From Octopus sinensis (taxonomy: Eukaryota): DNA of 64,000 nucleotides. Each line of letters begins with the position of its first letter. The first letter of the stretch is position 1. The notes under the pieces were generated by a model. It searched no databases. It worked only from the letters and a program-made list of their open reading frames with translations, and was not told the origin of the DNA. The position numbers and the translations under genes were made by a program. Shown here one piece after another: positions 11,256 to 25,983 of this stretch. Where the stretch lies: positions 992,001-1,056,000 of the forward strand of contig NC_043018.1 of assembly GCF_006345805.1 (NCBI RefSeq). The letters are read 5' to 3'.

Positions 11256-12968
11256 AGCCTCCACAAAGCCACTAACACGAACACAGGTAATTTAATAACT
11301 ACTCACACTACTAACAATAAATATCTGCCCTCACCCAAATTTCGAATCGTGTGCTTATAGTAGTAAGGATTTATGCTTATGCCATGCAACAGTAACTTCG
11401 CGAAAGATAAAACAGGGACGGAAACACCACAACCGCTCTGACTGACAGAGATACCACAACCGCCCTGTTCGCTTACCATCACCATCCCCATCACCACAAT
11501 GCTACTGCTGCCGCTGACATCAAAACGCAAAACAAATATACACATAAATTACGTCACCTGACACTAGACTTTTTAACCACAATGTGCTCAACTTCCTTCT
11601 CTTCTCCCTCCTCTTTTATTTTCGTCCTGATCTTTTTTTCTTCTACTACGCTTCTTCTTATTCTTTGTCTGTGCTCTCCCACTTGCCCAGATTCTTCTCA
11701 TTCATTTCGGTCTATAAATATATAGCCCTGGTAACACAACGACCACTGCCACTATACGTACTTTCACAACCACCAACACCACCACTGCCTACGCAATATT
11801 CACCGCCACCGCCACCGCCACCATCATGTGCAACAACAAAACCGCGACAACCACCGATAACGTAACTACAATTTCCATCTCCACCAGATACACCTAATTC
11901 ACCATCATCACAACAACAGTAATAAAATACAGTAACAAAAGTTTTAGATCTATAACCACCGCCCCCCCCCCCCAACTCCAGCATAGTGTTGTAACAGAGC
12001 CACCATCTCCAAAATTCACCCTTTATCAAAACCACCACTCCGGCCATCACCGCCTTCACTGCTAAAACTACGAAGTTAACTAACATGGTCACCACAACGG
12101 CAACTGTAGCAGCCAACGTCACCAACATTAGAACCAACCGCAGCGCGCCATCGTTATTACTAGTTCGACTATAACACTTATTCTTTCCTCATTAATAATT
12201 CTAAATGTAATTAACCAAAACAAAAGATTTTGTTTGACATTTTCATGGCAGTTCCAGTCAAAGAATTGGAGGTAGGAAATCTTGACAGAAGCTAATAGTT
12301 GCTAGATTAGATGTAAATTTGGTAGTTCTGAGGAGATTTTCATACACATCTGACGCCACTCAAGCTGAAGATCAATACTAGTTTGATACTATTCGACTTT
12401 GATCTGTTCATATTGATTTTCGGTTGTGGAACGGGGCTGTGTAGAAACGAGGGTGGGATACGGCTATTTTGTTTGCTTCTGGGAGAAACAGAATGTTAGA
12501 CGATCCGTGGCAATGGTGTAGGCCGGGGTGGTGTGTTAGTCGTAGTGGAGTCGGCTGGAGTGTTCTTAGTGGTGGTGGTGTTTGCGTAGATGGTGGATAA
12601 CATGGTTATCTTGGCGGCGGTGGTAGTGGCGCTGGTTGTGATCTGTCGGGGCCTTAATGAGGAACAGAAGTAAGACGTGCGTGTAGAGGCGTATGGAAGT
12701 AATAAAGTGTTGCGCCATTGTTCATTATCTGGACTAAACGTGTGTGCACGCGTGTGGATGTATAGGTGTGTGCTTATGGCATTGTTTTTTACTAAACACG
12801 TGTTTAGGTTCACGTATTTCAATAAAACTATATGCGATATATATATGTGTGTGTGTGTGCGTGTGCGTGTGTGTGTATGTATACACACACAAATTTTTAA
12901 ATATTCGCGTATATATACTCATATGTTTACCTATATCCGTGTGCATTAATATATTACACACACACACA

Positions 12969-13046
<78 letters not shown>

Positions 13047-13464
13047 CAGGTGTACATTTGTATACACACATATGTATATTAATATATATTTACATAGATG
13101 AGTATATAAATGGGTGTATATATGTGTGTATAGATATATGGATATATACATAGTTATATATATATAGAGAGAGATACGCATACAAATATATATATATATT
13201 ATATATATATGTATACATACAGATATTCAATAAAGGGTGGAATATAATAAATTTAATAAAATTAATCAATTTCACCTAGTAGATTTTTCGGTATGGAAAA
13301 GACCATATTTGGTAAGGGTTATAATAATTATAATAAAGGGTTAAAAGCAACAAGTTGCTCAAAACCACATACCGAAAATATTAGAAATAGCAGCCAAAAT
13401 TGGTCAGTATTTCCTCTACTAGTAAAAAGTCTCCACAAACAAACAGAATTTGTAAGCTGTATAG

Positions 13465-13580
<116 letters not shown>

Positions 13581-14178
13581 ATATATGTATATGTATGTGT
13601 GTATATGTATGTGTGTATGCATACACCATTGTATCGACGCAACATATAAATACTTGCAAGAACGATGTGACACTTGACGTTATCTGAGATTATGTTATGT
13701 CCCTATATATGTTAAACATTGCCGTATTGTCATTGTCTCTGACAGATTGACATGCATATATCAAGAGTATAAAATATCATGCTGTAATTATGAATGTCCT
13801 ATAGACAATGTCCCATATACATAAAAACAAACACTGAAATAATATACATATATACCTGTCTACACGTGAGATACACATGTGAGTATAGTTATATATGCAT
13901 GGGCCCGAATAACTTTCTTCCATCCACTTATTGCAAAAGGCATTTCGTCCTGTTCAAATACCAACAAAATAGTTCAGATTAGGCTTAGAAACCGGGTCTT
14001 CTTCCCTTGGCAAAGTATCTAGAAATAAAATTGTGTAAAGCGCACACACAAACTCATACATAAAAAACAGAAAGACAGAGATAGAGATAAGATGGACAGG
14101 CAAAAACAAGATACATTGATATATGTTATTTTTTTGGTTACTGTCCAGAAATTGAGGAAGTCTTTTTCTCTCTTTCCC

Positions 14179-14389
14179 TTTTACTTGTTTCAGTCATTTG
14201 ACTGCGGCCATGCTGGAGCACCGCCTTTAGTCGAGCAAATCGACCCCGGGACTTATTCTTTGTAAGCCCAGTACTTATTCTATCGGTCTCTCTTGCCGAA
14301 CCGCTAAGTGACGGGGACGTAACACATCAGCATCGGTTGTCAAGCCATGCTAGGGGGACAAACACAGACACACAAACATATACACACAC

Positions 14390-14453
<64 letters not shown>

Positions 14454-14615
14454 GACAGGCTTCTTTCAGTTTCCGTCTACCAAATCCACTCACAAGGCAT
14501 TGGTCGGCCCGGGGCTATAGCAGAAGACACTTGCCCAAGATGCCACGCAGTGGGACTGAACCCGGAACCATGTGGTTGGTTAGCAAGCTACTTACGACAC
14601 AGCCACTCCTGCGCC
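14179..14615 (-). mobile_element. SINE family A, full length
   Basis: Reverse complement of the 1159-1576 consensus. Confidence 0.9.
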
Positions 14616-15109
14616 TAAATGTGCGCTTTAGATAAAAAAAAATAAAATAATACAACCAACGCAAGATGAGCGGGAGAGATGATTACCGACTAGAAGAAAA
14701 AAAATGCCAAAAGAAACATCAGTATGCTTTTATTTCTACAAAATCACAACTAAATCAACGCAAAATTGATAGATATAATGCTGTGGGAGTTAAGTTGAAA
14801 TTAACACGTTTGTATACTCCATGCTGATTTTATGAATGTTCTGGTTCTACAGATTCACAGTAACACAGTTCAGAAAGTGAGTTTATTCTTGTTTTCAGGT
14901 TGACCAATACATTAAAGGATTTAATTTCGAATGTTATGAGCATTGTTTGATTTTGATTTTGTCCACTACAGAGTATTGTAGGGTGAGCTGGGCACCGACT
15001 GTGAGATAAAAAACAAAAACATCCCCATAACGCAATTCACTCTGTCACAAATTTGAAAACGACATGCTGTACTGCTTTGCATTCTGACTGGAAACCCGAA
15101 TTCGAACAG

Positions 15110-15445
15110 ATGAACATTGAGAATAACCATTGTCTTGCCATGTCCCCAAAACATGTACCGAGAACGATAGAAATCAAACATCCAGTCAACATCATGGTGT
15201 TTGGAGGGGATCAGTATTGATCACTCGTTATGCCTCCATTCATCTTCCCACAAGGCCTCATAGTCAGCACGGAGGCCTGTATCAAGTGCCTGGAAGAGGC
15301 AGTGCTGCCCTCAAGAGGGCGTCTACAGGGATATCCTATGTCTAGCAACAGGACTCTGCACACATGGCCGTCACATAATTTCTGCGACCACATCACCACT
15401 AATATTTGGTCACCTAACAACTACCCAGCCTGCAACCCCTTTCTT
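15110..15445 (+). mobile_element. Tc1/mariner-superfamily transposase relic
   Basis: KHPVNIMVFG...MPPFIFPQGLIVSTEACIKCLEEAVLP...NFCDHITTNIWSPNNYPACNP resembles the conserved WPPNSPDCNPLDY region. Confidence 0.8.
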
Positions 15446-15497
15446 ATTTTGATATTTTCGTAATTTAGGCAATATATTCACCGCACCCTGCCTATAT

Positions 15498-15568
<71 letters not shown>

Positions 15569-15995
15569 ATAAATGTATACATATATATATATATACACAT
15601 ACATATATATATATGTATGTATATATAACCATACAAATACATGCACACACAAACATATATATGTACATATACATATAAACATATACATACATGCACATCT
15701 ATATGTGTGTATATGTATGCATGTATATATTTTTGTGTGTGTTTATATACAAAATAACACTGAAAAACGACAATAGGTACTTTAAAACGGGGGTATGTGA
15801 ATAATACCTGTGCTTTCAACATTTAATCTCTTCCAAAAGATGATTCTTGACACGGATTTTGGTAAATCTTCGATTAGCGGAAGTGGAGAGGGCCCTAATA
15901 AGAGATTTCACTTGAACGCTTAGAAGAGAAATGGACTTCTTTCGATTATCTCTGTCATACAAATAATTTATATCGTGACCCGACACCACATGGTA

Positions 15996-16535
15996 AATTC
16001 GGACACACTCTGTTGTGAACTAAAAATGTATGCAAGGACACTAAATTTCCCTTAAAGTCTTCGTCTGTCGTCAAACTAAAGTACTAATTATAGGTGTTAT
16101 AACTATTTCTTTACTTCCCACAAGGGGCTAAACACAGAGGGGACAAACAAGGACAGACAAACGGATTAAGTCGATTATATCGACCCCAGTTCGTAACTGG
16201 TAGTTATTTAATCGACCCCGAACCGATGAAAGGCAAAGTCGACCTCGGCGGAATTTGAACTCAGACGAAATACTGATATGTATTTCGCCCGGTGTGCTAA
16301 CGTTTCTGCCAGCTCGCCGCCTGTACTAATTGTAGGTGTTATAACGAGAGAACTACAAAAATGTAAGCGGGCGTCTACAGGAATATCCTATGTCCAGCAA
16401 CGCCCTCTTACATTTTTGTAGTTCTCTCGTTATAACACATACAATTAGTACTTTAGTTTGACGACAGACGAAGCTTTAAGCGAAATTTAGTGTCCTTGCA
16501 TACATTTTCAGTTCACATCAGAGTGTGTCCGAATT
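15996..16535. repeat. Inverted repeat (~135-bp arms) interrupted by a SINE
   Basis: Left arm 15996-16103 plus 16346-16374; right arm 16400-16535. Confidence 0.85.
16104..16322 (-). mobile_element. SINE family B with a 23-bp target-site duplication
   Basis: GTACTAATT(A/G)TAGGTGTTATAAC at 16081-16103 and 16323-16345. Confidence 0.9.
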
Positions 16536-16845
16536 CACATATAAATATACGGGCCTGGATACATAAATGTATTTGAATATCGCCTTGCTGCACATAGCAA
16601 AATATATGAACATCTACGCAATAGAAACGAACGCAAAAACACACATAGAAACGGAGAAACGCACACAAGTATATAGAAATGTTTTCACATATACTTCTTC
16701 TTTGGTACGCATTTTCAAGTACAAATTAAAAACCGTTGAGAGACAGATATGCAAATATGTCAGAGAACATTGGAAATAAGATGCACATGATGTGTCTTAC
16801 AATAAATTTATTATACACTCACACAGTCAAACAGGCATACCTGTA

Positions 16846-16949
<104 letters not shown>

Positions 16950-17048
16950 CTATTATATATATATTATATATAATATATAGATAGCTAGATAGATAGATAG
17001 ATAGATAGATAGAGAGACGTGATAGATAATTATACATGAATATTATAT

Positions 17049-17092
<44 letters not shown>

Positions 17093-18138
17093 TTATATAT
17101 ATAAGTGCATTTACGTGCGTATCTATACATGCGTTGGTTTGGGCATGTATCTATATATGTGTGGGTGTATATATATATATATATATAATATATTATATAT
17201 ATAATATATATATATTATATATATATATGAGAGAGAGAGAATGAAAACATGCGTACGACCGTACACAAGCAGAGCACACATACACACGCACACGCGCGCA
17301 CACATATACAGACACATGTGAACACAAACTAACACAAACACAGACACATTTGTGTGTCTGCATTCAGTCATACCAGCAAAAATGCACAAAAGTAATAACA
17401 AAACACATACACACAAACACATATGTATATATACACCTACATGCATACATACACTCATACATTTATAGCTACCCATACACACACACACACACTCACACCA
17501 TTCACGGATACCACTTCACTCCACCTCTTCATTATTCTACCAAATGCCGATTCTATTGTATGTAATCAAGTGTAAAGAACACTGTAGAACTGTAGAAAAT
17601 ATCCAAAAATACAAAAGAGGAAACGGGAAAACTAGTTAGAGGGAATCAAAAATAAATGGAGAAAAAAATATTCATAACGAAAAAAAGAAACATTTATTCC
17701 ATATTCAGTGAAATGTCCATAAAATTGCAAAGATTGGATTTTTATTATTCGTATTGCTGTATTATTTTTCCCCCGCCTCTTTCTATTTCTTATCACATCT
17801 TTCTAATATTTATTGCCGTAATTGACAAAACCATTAATATTTATTCATAGAAATGAATCTTCAGAGAAAGTAATAATACAAATAATGACAACTATAAGAG
17901 TAATAATAATACAAAACACTCTCAATATACAAACACATGTGTGTGCGTGTGTGTGTGTGTATAGATAGATGTGTGTGCGTGTGTTTGTATGTGTGTGAAT
18001 GTTTTTATGTATATTATATATATGTATAACAATATATATATAGAGAGAGAGAGAGTGTGAGAAAGAGAGGTGTATGCTTTATAAGTGTGTATGTATTTAT
18101 GTGTGCGTGTTTTTGAGTGTGTATGTGTTTATGTATAT

Positions 18139-18179
<41 letters not shown>

Positions 18180-18314
18180 GTGTATGCTTGATAAGTTTGT
18201 ATGTATATATGTGTGTGTTTGTGAGTGAGTATGTGTTTATGTATATTATATATATGTATGAGAAAATTATTTCATGGTTTTCTAAAGTGTGTGTATATAT
18301 ATATATATATATAC

Positions 18315-18374
<60 letters not shown>

Positions 18375-19199
18375 TAATATATATTATATATATATGTTAT
18401 ATATATTTATAAATAAATAAAATTATTTATTATAAATATATATATATATATATATATATACATACATAATGCATACGGGTGTGCGTGTGTATGTATTATG
18501 AAACCATAAAATAGTTCCCTTTTTTTACTGGGTTAAGGGAATAAAGATGGCGTGATGTGGAAGGTGGGAAATGGTGAAAATATATTTACGTTATATTCAT
18601 TTGTAATTCTTTCGTTTATTTACTTTGAGCTTCTTTGAGGTACGTTGTGTTGGTTTTATTTAAATTTTATTCTGTTGTTTTCTTTCTTTCCTTGTTTTCG
18701 CTTTATATATTTTAGTGTTTGACCGAATGATTAGCGTTTCTTGCCATACCTCCATCACTGCCACCGTAACACCATCTTTATTTCAAATACTACCACACCT
18801 CCATCTCCACAACCTCCACAGCTATTTCCCCCGCCGCTGCTCTTTACCTATACTTTGGTTCAATTCATACAAACTACCGACTCGTCTACTCATCTGTACA
18901 AACAGATATCGCTGATTTCCGAGCCAACTAGTGAGTTCAAAAATGATCTTCCAACATGCTAGACCTAGCAGCTAAAAATTCATTAACTTTCAGATAAACA
19001 TTTTTGAAAACGAAAATCTGAACGAGAACTTAATTCATCACGAATTTGAACATACCAGAAATAAGAACCTAATTCTCCTCAATTAATATAGAAAGGTTCG
19101 CATGAATTGAAATCAAACTAGCATCTCAGATATCTTTTATTTTTTGCTGTTTAATTTTTACTCGTTTCATTCTGTGAACCTGATGAGGCACCATCTTGA

Positions 19200-19307
19200 A
19201 CAACCTTACGAACCACAAGGTTCCGGGTTCAGTCCGACTGCGTGGCGCCTTATGCAAATGTCTTCTACTATAGCGTCGAGCCGACCAAAGACTGAAAGAA
19301 GCCCGTC

Positions 19308-19342
<35 letters not shown>

Positions 19343-19580
19343 TATATGTGTATGTGTGTATGTGTGTGCCTGTGTTTGTCCCCCCAACATCGCTTGACAA
19401 CCGATGCTAATGTGTTTACGTCCCCGTAACTTAGCGGTTCGGCAAAAGAGACCGAGAGACCAATAGAATAAGAACCAAGTTTACAAAGAATAAGTCCTGG
19501 GGTCGATTTGCTCGACTAAAGGCGGTGCTCCAACATAGCCAGAGTCAAATGAGTGAAATAATAAAAGAGTAAAAGAGTAA
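19200..19580 (+). mobile_element. SINE family A, diverged
   Basis: Matches the family A consensus with an internal deletion. Confidence 0.85.
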
Positions 19581-19581
19581 A

Positions 19582-19629
<48 letters not shown>

Positions 19630-20148
19630 GATCATAGCTACACCTTCGTTACACGAGCAAAGCCATTGCCAAAAAGACTTACTGAAATGATTCATTATAG
19701 ATGTCATATGATGCCCTTATATGACATTTTAAGCCCAGCCAAACTTTCACACAACTGTGCTGGCTGGAAGGAGAAACAGTTGCCACCATATGCACTCACT
19801 TAGCATGTCTTTTTAGACCTCCAGCTGAGAGGCACATCCTTCCACACTTCACATATATATTACAGAAGACGATGATGAAGATAATGATAACGTCAAGAAG
19901 TTGACGTCAATATAATGACGACGCTATTCTGTCATCCCAATTCGTCCAGCAATATTCAAATTACAAATCTAAATACGCCCATTAACGTAAACCACATTGT
20001 TGTTGGACTGACGATTTGGTTTTTATTTTCTATTTTGTTATTTTGTCAATTTCTGTATGTATAAACTACTAGTTGTCTACTCCTAATGCAGAGTTTGACT
20101 ATCTCATGTAGCTACACTTTAGAATCATCATGGTATCTGATGTTGCTT

Positions 20149-20212
20149 TTTAAACCAGACAATATTTAAACCAGACAATATTTAAACCAGACAATATTTA
20201 AACCAGACAATT
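20149..20212. repeat. 16-bp tandem repeat x4 (TTTAAACCAGACAATA)
   Basis: Direct reading; no spacers. Confidence 0.95.
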
Positions 20213-21069
20213 CGTTATAAGTATATGCATACAACTCATGATTAATAAATTCTATATACAAATTTATCAGTTGTTTCTATTTACATTCCGTAAAACAGTT
20301 TCACTACATCGATCTGTCTCCGTTTTAAAATGCGGTAAATCTATTAATGTACCGTTTGTAATTTGTAAATGATGTTGTTGCTTTATGTATCTATAATGTG
20401 AAAGGAAGCTTTAGTAAAATAATTGAAAAAATAAAACTTGGTTATATTCATGTTGAGAATGTTACAGGGCCGTGTAGTTTTAAATTATCTTGTGTGTTAT
20501 AAACTTTCACTGCATTCGATAAAGCGAATAAACAAGTTTATGCCTCGTAAATATAATGCTTATTATTATGTTACTAGACGGCCATCCATACAACAGAGAC
20601 GTTCGATTATAGACATTGTTTTCTAAACTTGATTTAATTAAATATTAGATGAAACAACGCATGTGTCATTCCAGGTTTAAAACTGTCTGTCATGAAACCC
20701 GTGGCGCACAAATACGGAGCTTTACCCGGTTTTTCTGGAACATGATGTAGATTAAGACACTCATCCATACCCTCGAGCAAGTTTTCATTTCTATGTATTT
20801 GCAACCAAGCAGATTCAAGAAGGTGTAATCAAAGATTTTGTTCAAGAAAATATCACGCTGCCCTGTCAGGAAATCGAAATCTTGATCTTACATTCATGAG
20901 CGCAAAATCCTAACCACTAGTCCGCGCTCTATCACCTGTCTCAATTTATATCAAGCTTATTTGAATTCCTACAACAAAAATAAAAAATTTCATATCTACG
21001 AAAACAATACAAGTGTTTAGATGGTGTCTATTACATTTGCCCTACTATTCAACATGTTTTATATTTATT

Positions 21070-21821
21070 TTTTTATTCTTACACTTATTTCAGTCATTTA
21101 CTTGCGGCCATGAAGAAATCGGCCCCAAGCCTAGCACTTATTCTATCAAACCCTTTTGCTGAACAGTTAAGTGACGGAAACATAAGCACACCAACACCGG
21201 TTGTTAGGCGGAGAGCTGGCAGAAACGTTAGCACGTCGGGCGAAATGCTTAGAGGTATTTCGTCTGCCGTTACGTTCTGAGTTCAAATTCCACCGAGGTC
21301 GACTTTACCTTTCATCCTTTCGCGGACGATAAATTAAGTACCAGTTACGCACTGGGGTCGATGTCATCGACTTAATACCTATGTCTGTTCTTGTTTGTCC
21401 CCTCTATGTTTAGCCCCTTGTGGATAATAAAGAAATAGGTTGTCAAGCGATGATTGGGGGACAATATAAGGACGGCGAGTTGGCAGAATCGTTAGCACGT
21501 CGGGTGAAATACTTAGCGGTATTTCGTCGGCCGTTACGTTCTGAGTTCAAATTCCGCCGAGGTCGACTTTGCCTTTCTTCCTTTTGGGGTTTATTAAATA
21601 AGCACCAATTACGCACTGGGGTCGATGTAATCGACTTAATCCCTTGTTTGTCCACTATGTTTAGCCCCCTGTAGGCAATAAAAAATAAAAGGGTTGAGGG
21701 ACAAACACAGACACAAAGGCTCACAAAAAAAATATATGGTTATATACTTGTTTGTGGGCTGAATCCCGGAACCATGTGTTTTGGAAGCAAGCTTCTTACC
21801 ACAGATCCACGCCTGCGCCTA
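21070..21821 (-). mobile_element. SINE A interrupted by two + strand SINE B insertions (about 21211-21437 and 21465-21690)
   Basis: Family A pieces resume after each B copy; imperfect 12-13-bp flanking duplications. Confidence 0.8.
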
Positions 21822-22365
21822 TTTGTTAGTGATTATGCAATCAACAAATTAGTTCTCGCTAAAATTGTGTGTAATTAGACTATGTGCTCCCCACATTAGA
21901 TTTGGGAAGCCACTATTCACAATGCGTCAATATATTTCTCAATATGAACAAACATCGCATTTTATTTCTCCCGATTCATCTCAGAAAAAGATCTATGCTT
22001 GAAACGTCAAACCACAATTATTCTCAAATTGAGGTATTTATAAAAAAAAAATAAATAAAATTCATAACTCATATTAAAATGAATTAATACGATGCTGCAA
22101 TTTAATATATTTCTTCTCATATGAAATATTCATCATTTGGGCGGTTTATAATAGAAAATATCTAAAGTGATAGAAAATCAGAGGAGGCGATGCAGATAAA
22201 GAAGAAGGGGGAAAATTCCTTATAGGGAAGTAGACTGAGTAATATGTGTGTCGATGAGGAAATATGTAGGGTGGTTGATGGTAGAATCGGCAGAGCATCT
22301 GATGGAATAAATAGGATGTAGAATATTCCTGCAAATGTTCATATTTCTGTTTCAAATTCTACCAA

Positions 22366-22990
22366 ATGATAAATAAAATAAATATGAGTATCAGAACAGT
22401 ACATAACAGGAATCATATAAATAATACCTTAATCGATAAAATAAATAATAGGATCAATAAGATAAACACTGTGATCGATAAAATTAATAGCAGCTTTGAT
22501 AAAATCAATATCATCGATAAAATGAGTGCTGTGATTGATAAAACAAATACCTAGATCGATAGTTAATGCCATAATCGATAAAATAACTAAATGGATCGAT
22601 AAACTAAATTTCAATGTCAATAAATTAAAAATAGAAGTTTCGATAAACGAAATGATGTGATTGATAAACGAAATACCGTGATTTATAAAATACATAGCAG
22701 GATCAATATAATATATCCATGATCAATAAAATAAGGATTAATGTCGATAACATACATATGGTGATTGATAAGACGAATCACGTGATCAGTTATGGGATTA
22801 ATAAAATGAATAGCCGGATGAATAAAATAAATACTAATAAAAAATAAATATTCCAATGAAAGAAATGAAAGCAGAAATGAATTGTGATCGATAAATTATA
22901 ATGATAAATGAAATAAATAGCCATGTTGATAATAGATATACTATGACAGATAAAATAAATACAGCATCGAGAACATAAATAACTAAAGTA
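22366..22990 (+). repeat. Eroded ~21-nt tandem repeat (core ATCGATAAAAT) reading as IDKINxx heptads
   Basis: Units such as ATCGATAAAATAAATAATAGG / ATCAATAAGATAAACACTGTG / ATCGATAAAATTAATAGCAGC. Confidence 0.8.
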
Positions 22991-23800
22991 TAAAAAAAAA
23001 TTAATATTTCTTCTACACTCATCTTTTGTGAACATATCTTGGACCAGGAATATTTGATGATGTCAAACGGTATTCAATGATCCGTAAGCGTAACCACCTC
23101 TAAATTCCTCAGTTGTTTAAAACAGGAAATTTCGAGACCCCACCGTCTTGCGCATGTAATTTCAATATGTCATATAGTTTGAGTACAGTTTCAGCCAATG
23201 CAATCGTGGTACTGACTAATCATGCATTGATCCTGCAATGATATCTGATTGCTCGATGCACTGCTCCTTGGAGTCCAGTATAACAGCAGAGCGTACAATG
23301 ACACAAAATTATTAGTTATTTAAGTATATTTCAACCTCAGCTATATTGACAAACATCTACGACTAATGGCAGTCAATATTCCATCTCTGAATTGCACGAT
23401 CCACTTAGACATAATGCCGTCCAGTCTTTAGCAAAATTGAAACGGGTAAATGTGCAATACATTTCTTCTAGCTCCAGCTAGATTATCCTGTGACTGAGCA
23501 GAAATCCTTCTGGTGCCAAAAACCCCCCAAAAAAACAAATGGTGAAATCTGAATGAGCTTTGTAAGTCCACCTGCATCTCGAAGTTGATATGAGGATGGG
23601 TGCCATCAGAACGACCTATACGAATGAAGCACTTGAATATAGGCCAGTATTGGCATATTTACCTTAGTCAATGCACGGTGATTGCTAGTGGGCTTTAAGC
23701 TTATAAAATATTATTTAAAATTTTAAAAATTCGGCACCCCATAACAAATAATTGCTGAAAACGCCCATGGAAAATTTGTTAACAAAAAGCAACACTATGA

Positions 23801-23868
<68 letters not shown>

Positions 23869-23869
<1 letters not shown>

Positions 23870-24088
23870 TCTTTTACTCTTTTGCTTGTTTCAGTAATTT
23901 GACGGTGGCCATGCTGGAGCACCGCATTTTAATCGACAACTCGACCCCGGGACTTATTCTTTTGTAAGCCCAGTAAATTATTCTATCGGTCTCTTTTGCC
24001 GAACCGCTAAGTAACGGGGACATAAACACACCAGCATCGGTTGTCAAGCAATGCTAGGGGACAAACACATACACACAAACACACACGC

Positions 24089-24119
<31 letters not shown>

Positions 24120-24283
24120 TACGACGGGCTTCTTTCAGTTTCCGTCTACCAAATCCACTCACAAGGCTTTGGTCGGCCCGAGGCTACAGTAGAAGACACT
24201 TGCCCAGGGTGCCATGCAGTGGGACTGAACCCGGAACCATGCGGTTGGTAAGCAAGCTACTACCACACAGCCACTCCTGCGCC
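23869..24283 (-). mobile_element. SINE family A, full length
   Basis: Reverse complement of the consensus. Confidence 0.9.
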
Positions 24284-24999
24284 TATATATATATATATAT
24301 ATCTATATATATATATATATATATATGGGGGGTATGCCAGTATTAATTCTATAATGGACTAGTGACAATAGCAAATTCATCAAGAAATTGCCAAAGTTGC
24401 AAGACTGGGGGAGTACTGGTAAAAGTCTCAAGAATATGAAATGATGGTCGACGTTGTAAGAGAGTGAAGAATTTAATTTAAAAGAATGACGAAATAAATC
24501 ATTCACGTATACCAGCACCAAAAGCGCCTAAGAAAGGAATTGACTTGATTCGATCCCGATATCTTATTCGAAGAATCATTTCATTTCTGCATTTCTCAGA
24601 CAAATATTCATCAAGAACTGGAACCCAGAAAACTCTACGCACATTGTTGAAACTTTAGAAATGTATAAAACAGTCCTAATGATATCAAACTCGTGGCAGA
24701 TAATTATAAGTTACCTGCGCAATGAGAAAAGTTAATTAAAAAATCAAATCATAAAAGCATCAAATTTATCTTCTTGAAACATCTATACAACTACAAAAGC
24801 ACTGGTTATCATTTGCAATTTATAGATCTTCAATACTCTTTTATTTTTCCATTGTCTTCCGTCTCTCACATTATTCTGACATTTTCTTTAATTCAGTGAG
24901 TTTCATTTTTTAAGCATATCCCATTTTATACATACATACATATATATATATATACATACATACATACATACATGCATATATATATACATACACACACAC

Positions 25000-25030
<31 letters not shown>

Positions 25031-25938
25031 CATACATACATACATACATGCATATATATATACATACACACACACACACACACACACACATACATATATA
25101 TATATAATATTATTAATGAATTATAGTCTCTCCTTCTAATTAACCGTAATTGTTCCTAACGACGATATTTTTAGTGATTTTCAATTGAATGCACGAGAGC
25201 TTTTCTATGTGAAATTACAGCTCGCTCGTTCCTTGGCAATAGCAGTAGGTATTTGCGGTGGTTGTTGAAATCATGTCAAACACAACAAAAACAGGAAGCA
25301 GACAATGATTAATGTCCCATGTGTTCTTTTCATTTTATGCCTGTTAAATTTATCAACGGTTGCAGTTTGTCACGTACAACCGATTCAATAAATATGAGAA
25401 CAGATTGGTACAATTTCCAGCACAATATCTGTATCGTTACCTTTTGATTTGGGTGTTAGTGTTCTCATAGGTTTACGTAATTGTCAGGATATACATACGC
25501 CTTGTTATCAATGTCCTACTGCAATATTATCATGTGTTGGAGGGACAGATCTCTAAGTTCTCACATGCCATCAGTTACACGCTTTTCATTCTTGTTTGTT
25601 GATTACGCAACATTTTTAATATCAATTCCAAGCACAATTCCTTTGTCTGACATTTATATATTCCACTGTAACTAGGTAAATAAAATCTTCGAACAGACGG
25701 TCAGTAGCGACACCTGCGCGTCTGACTACCCTGCATTGATAAAGGGCAACAACCCTGAAACATGTCTGCAGATGTCTGACTAGCAAGGTGAAGCGGCTAA
25801 CCTCCCATGTTCGAAGGTTTTTAATGGACGCAGGTTCGTGTGTCAAATAGCTAGCTAGAGGCGATGGCCTCTTGGAGCTAATCAGCGACAGCTTTAGTCT
25901 TATATTTATAGACTACCATATTAGTATGGCGATAACTA

Positions 25939-25973
<35 letters not shown>

Positions 25974-25983
25974 ACAAACACAC

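Noticed and set aside
11700-12888. Thr/Pro/Gly-rich ORFs resembling mucin
   Set aside because: Best explained by decayed (ACC)n/(CAC)n low-complexity sequence; no splice support
14853-14982. Plus-strand exon candidates 14853-14876 and 14899-14982 (also 27619-27696 and 32241-32255)
   Set aside because: Good splice motifs but short, not linkable, no recognisable product; expected by chance in 64 kb
20149-20212. Short direct repeats as a possible CRISPR array
   Set aside because: Head-to-tail 16-mers with no spacers, in eukaryotic context
23040-23700. Moderately GC-rich unique segment, possible transposon ORF relic
   Set aside because: No frame gave a recognisable motif
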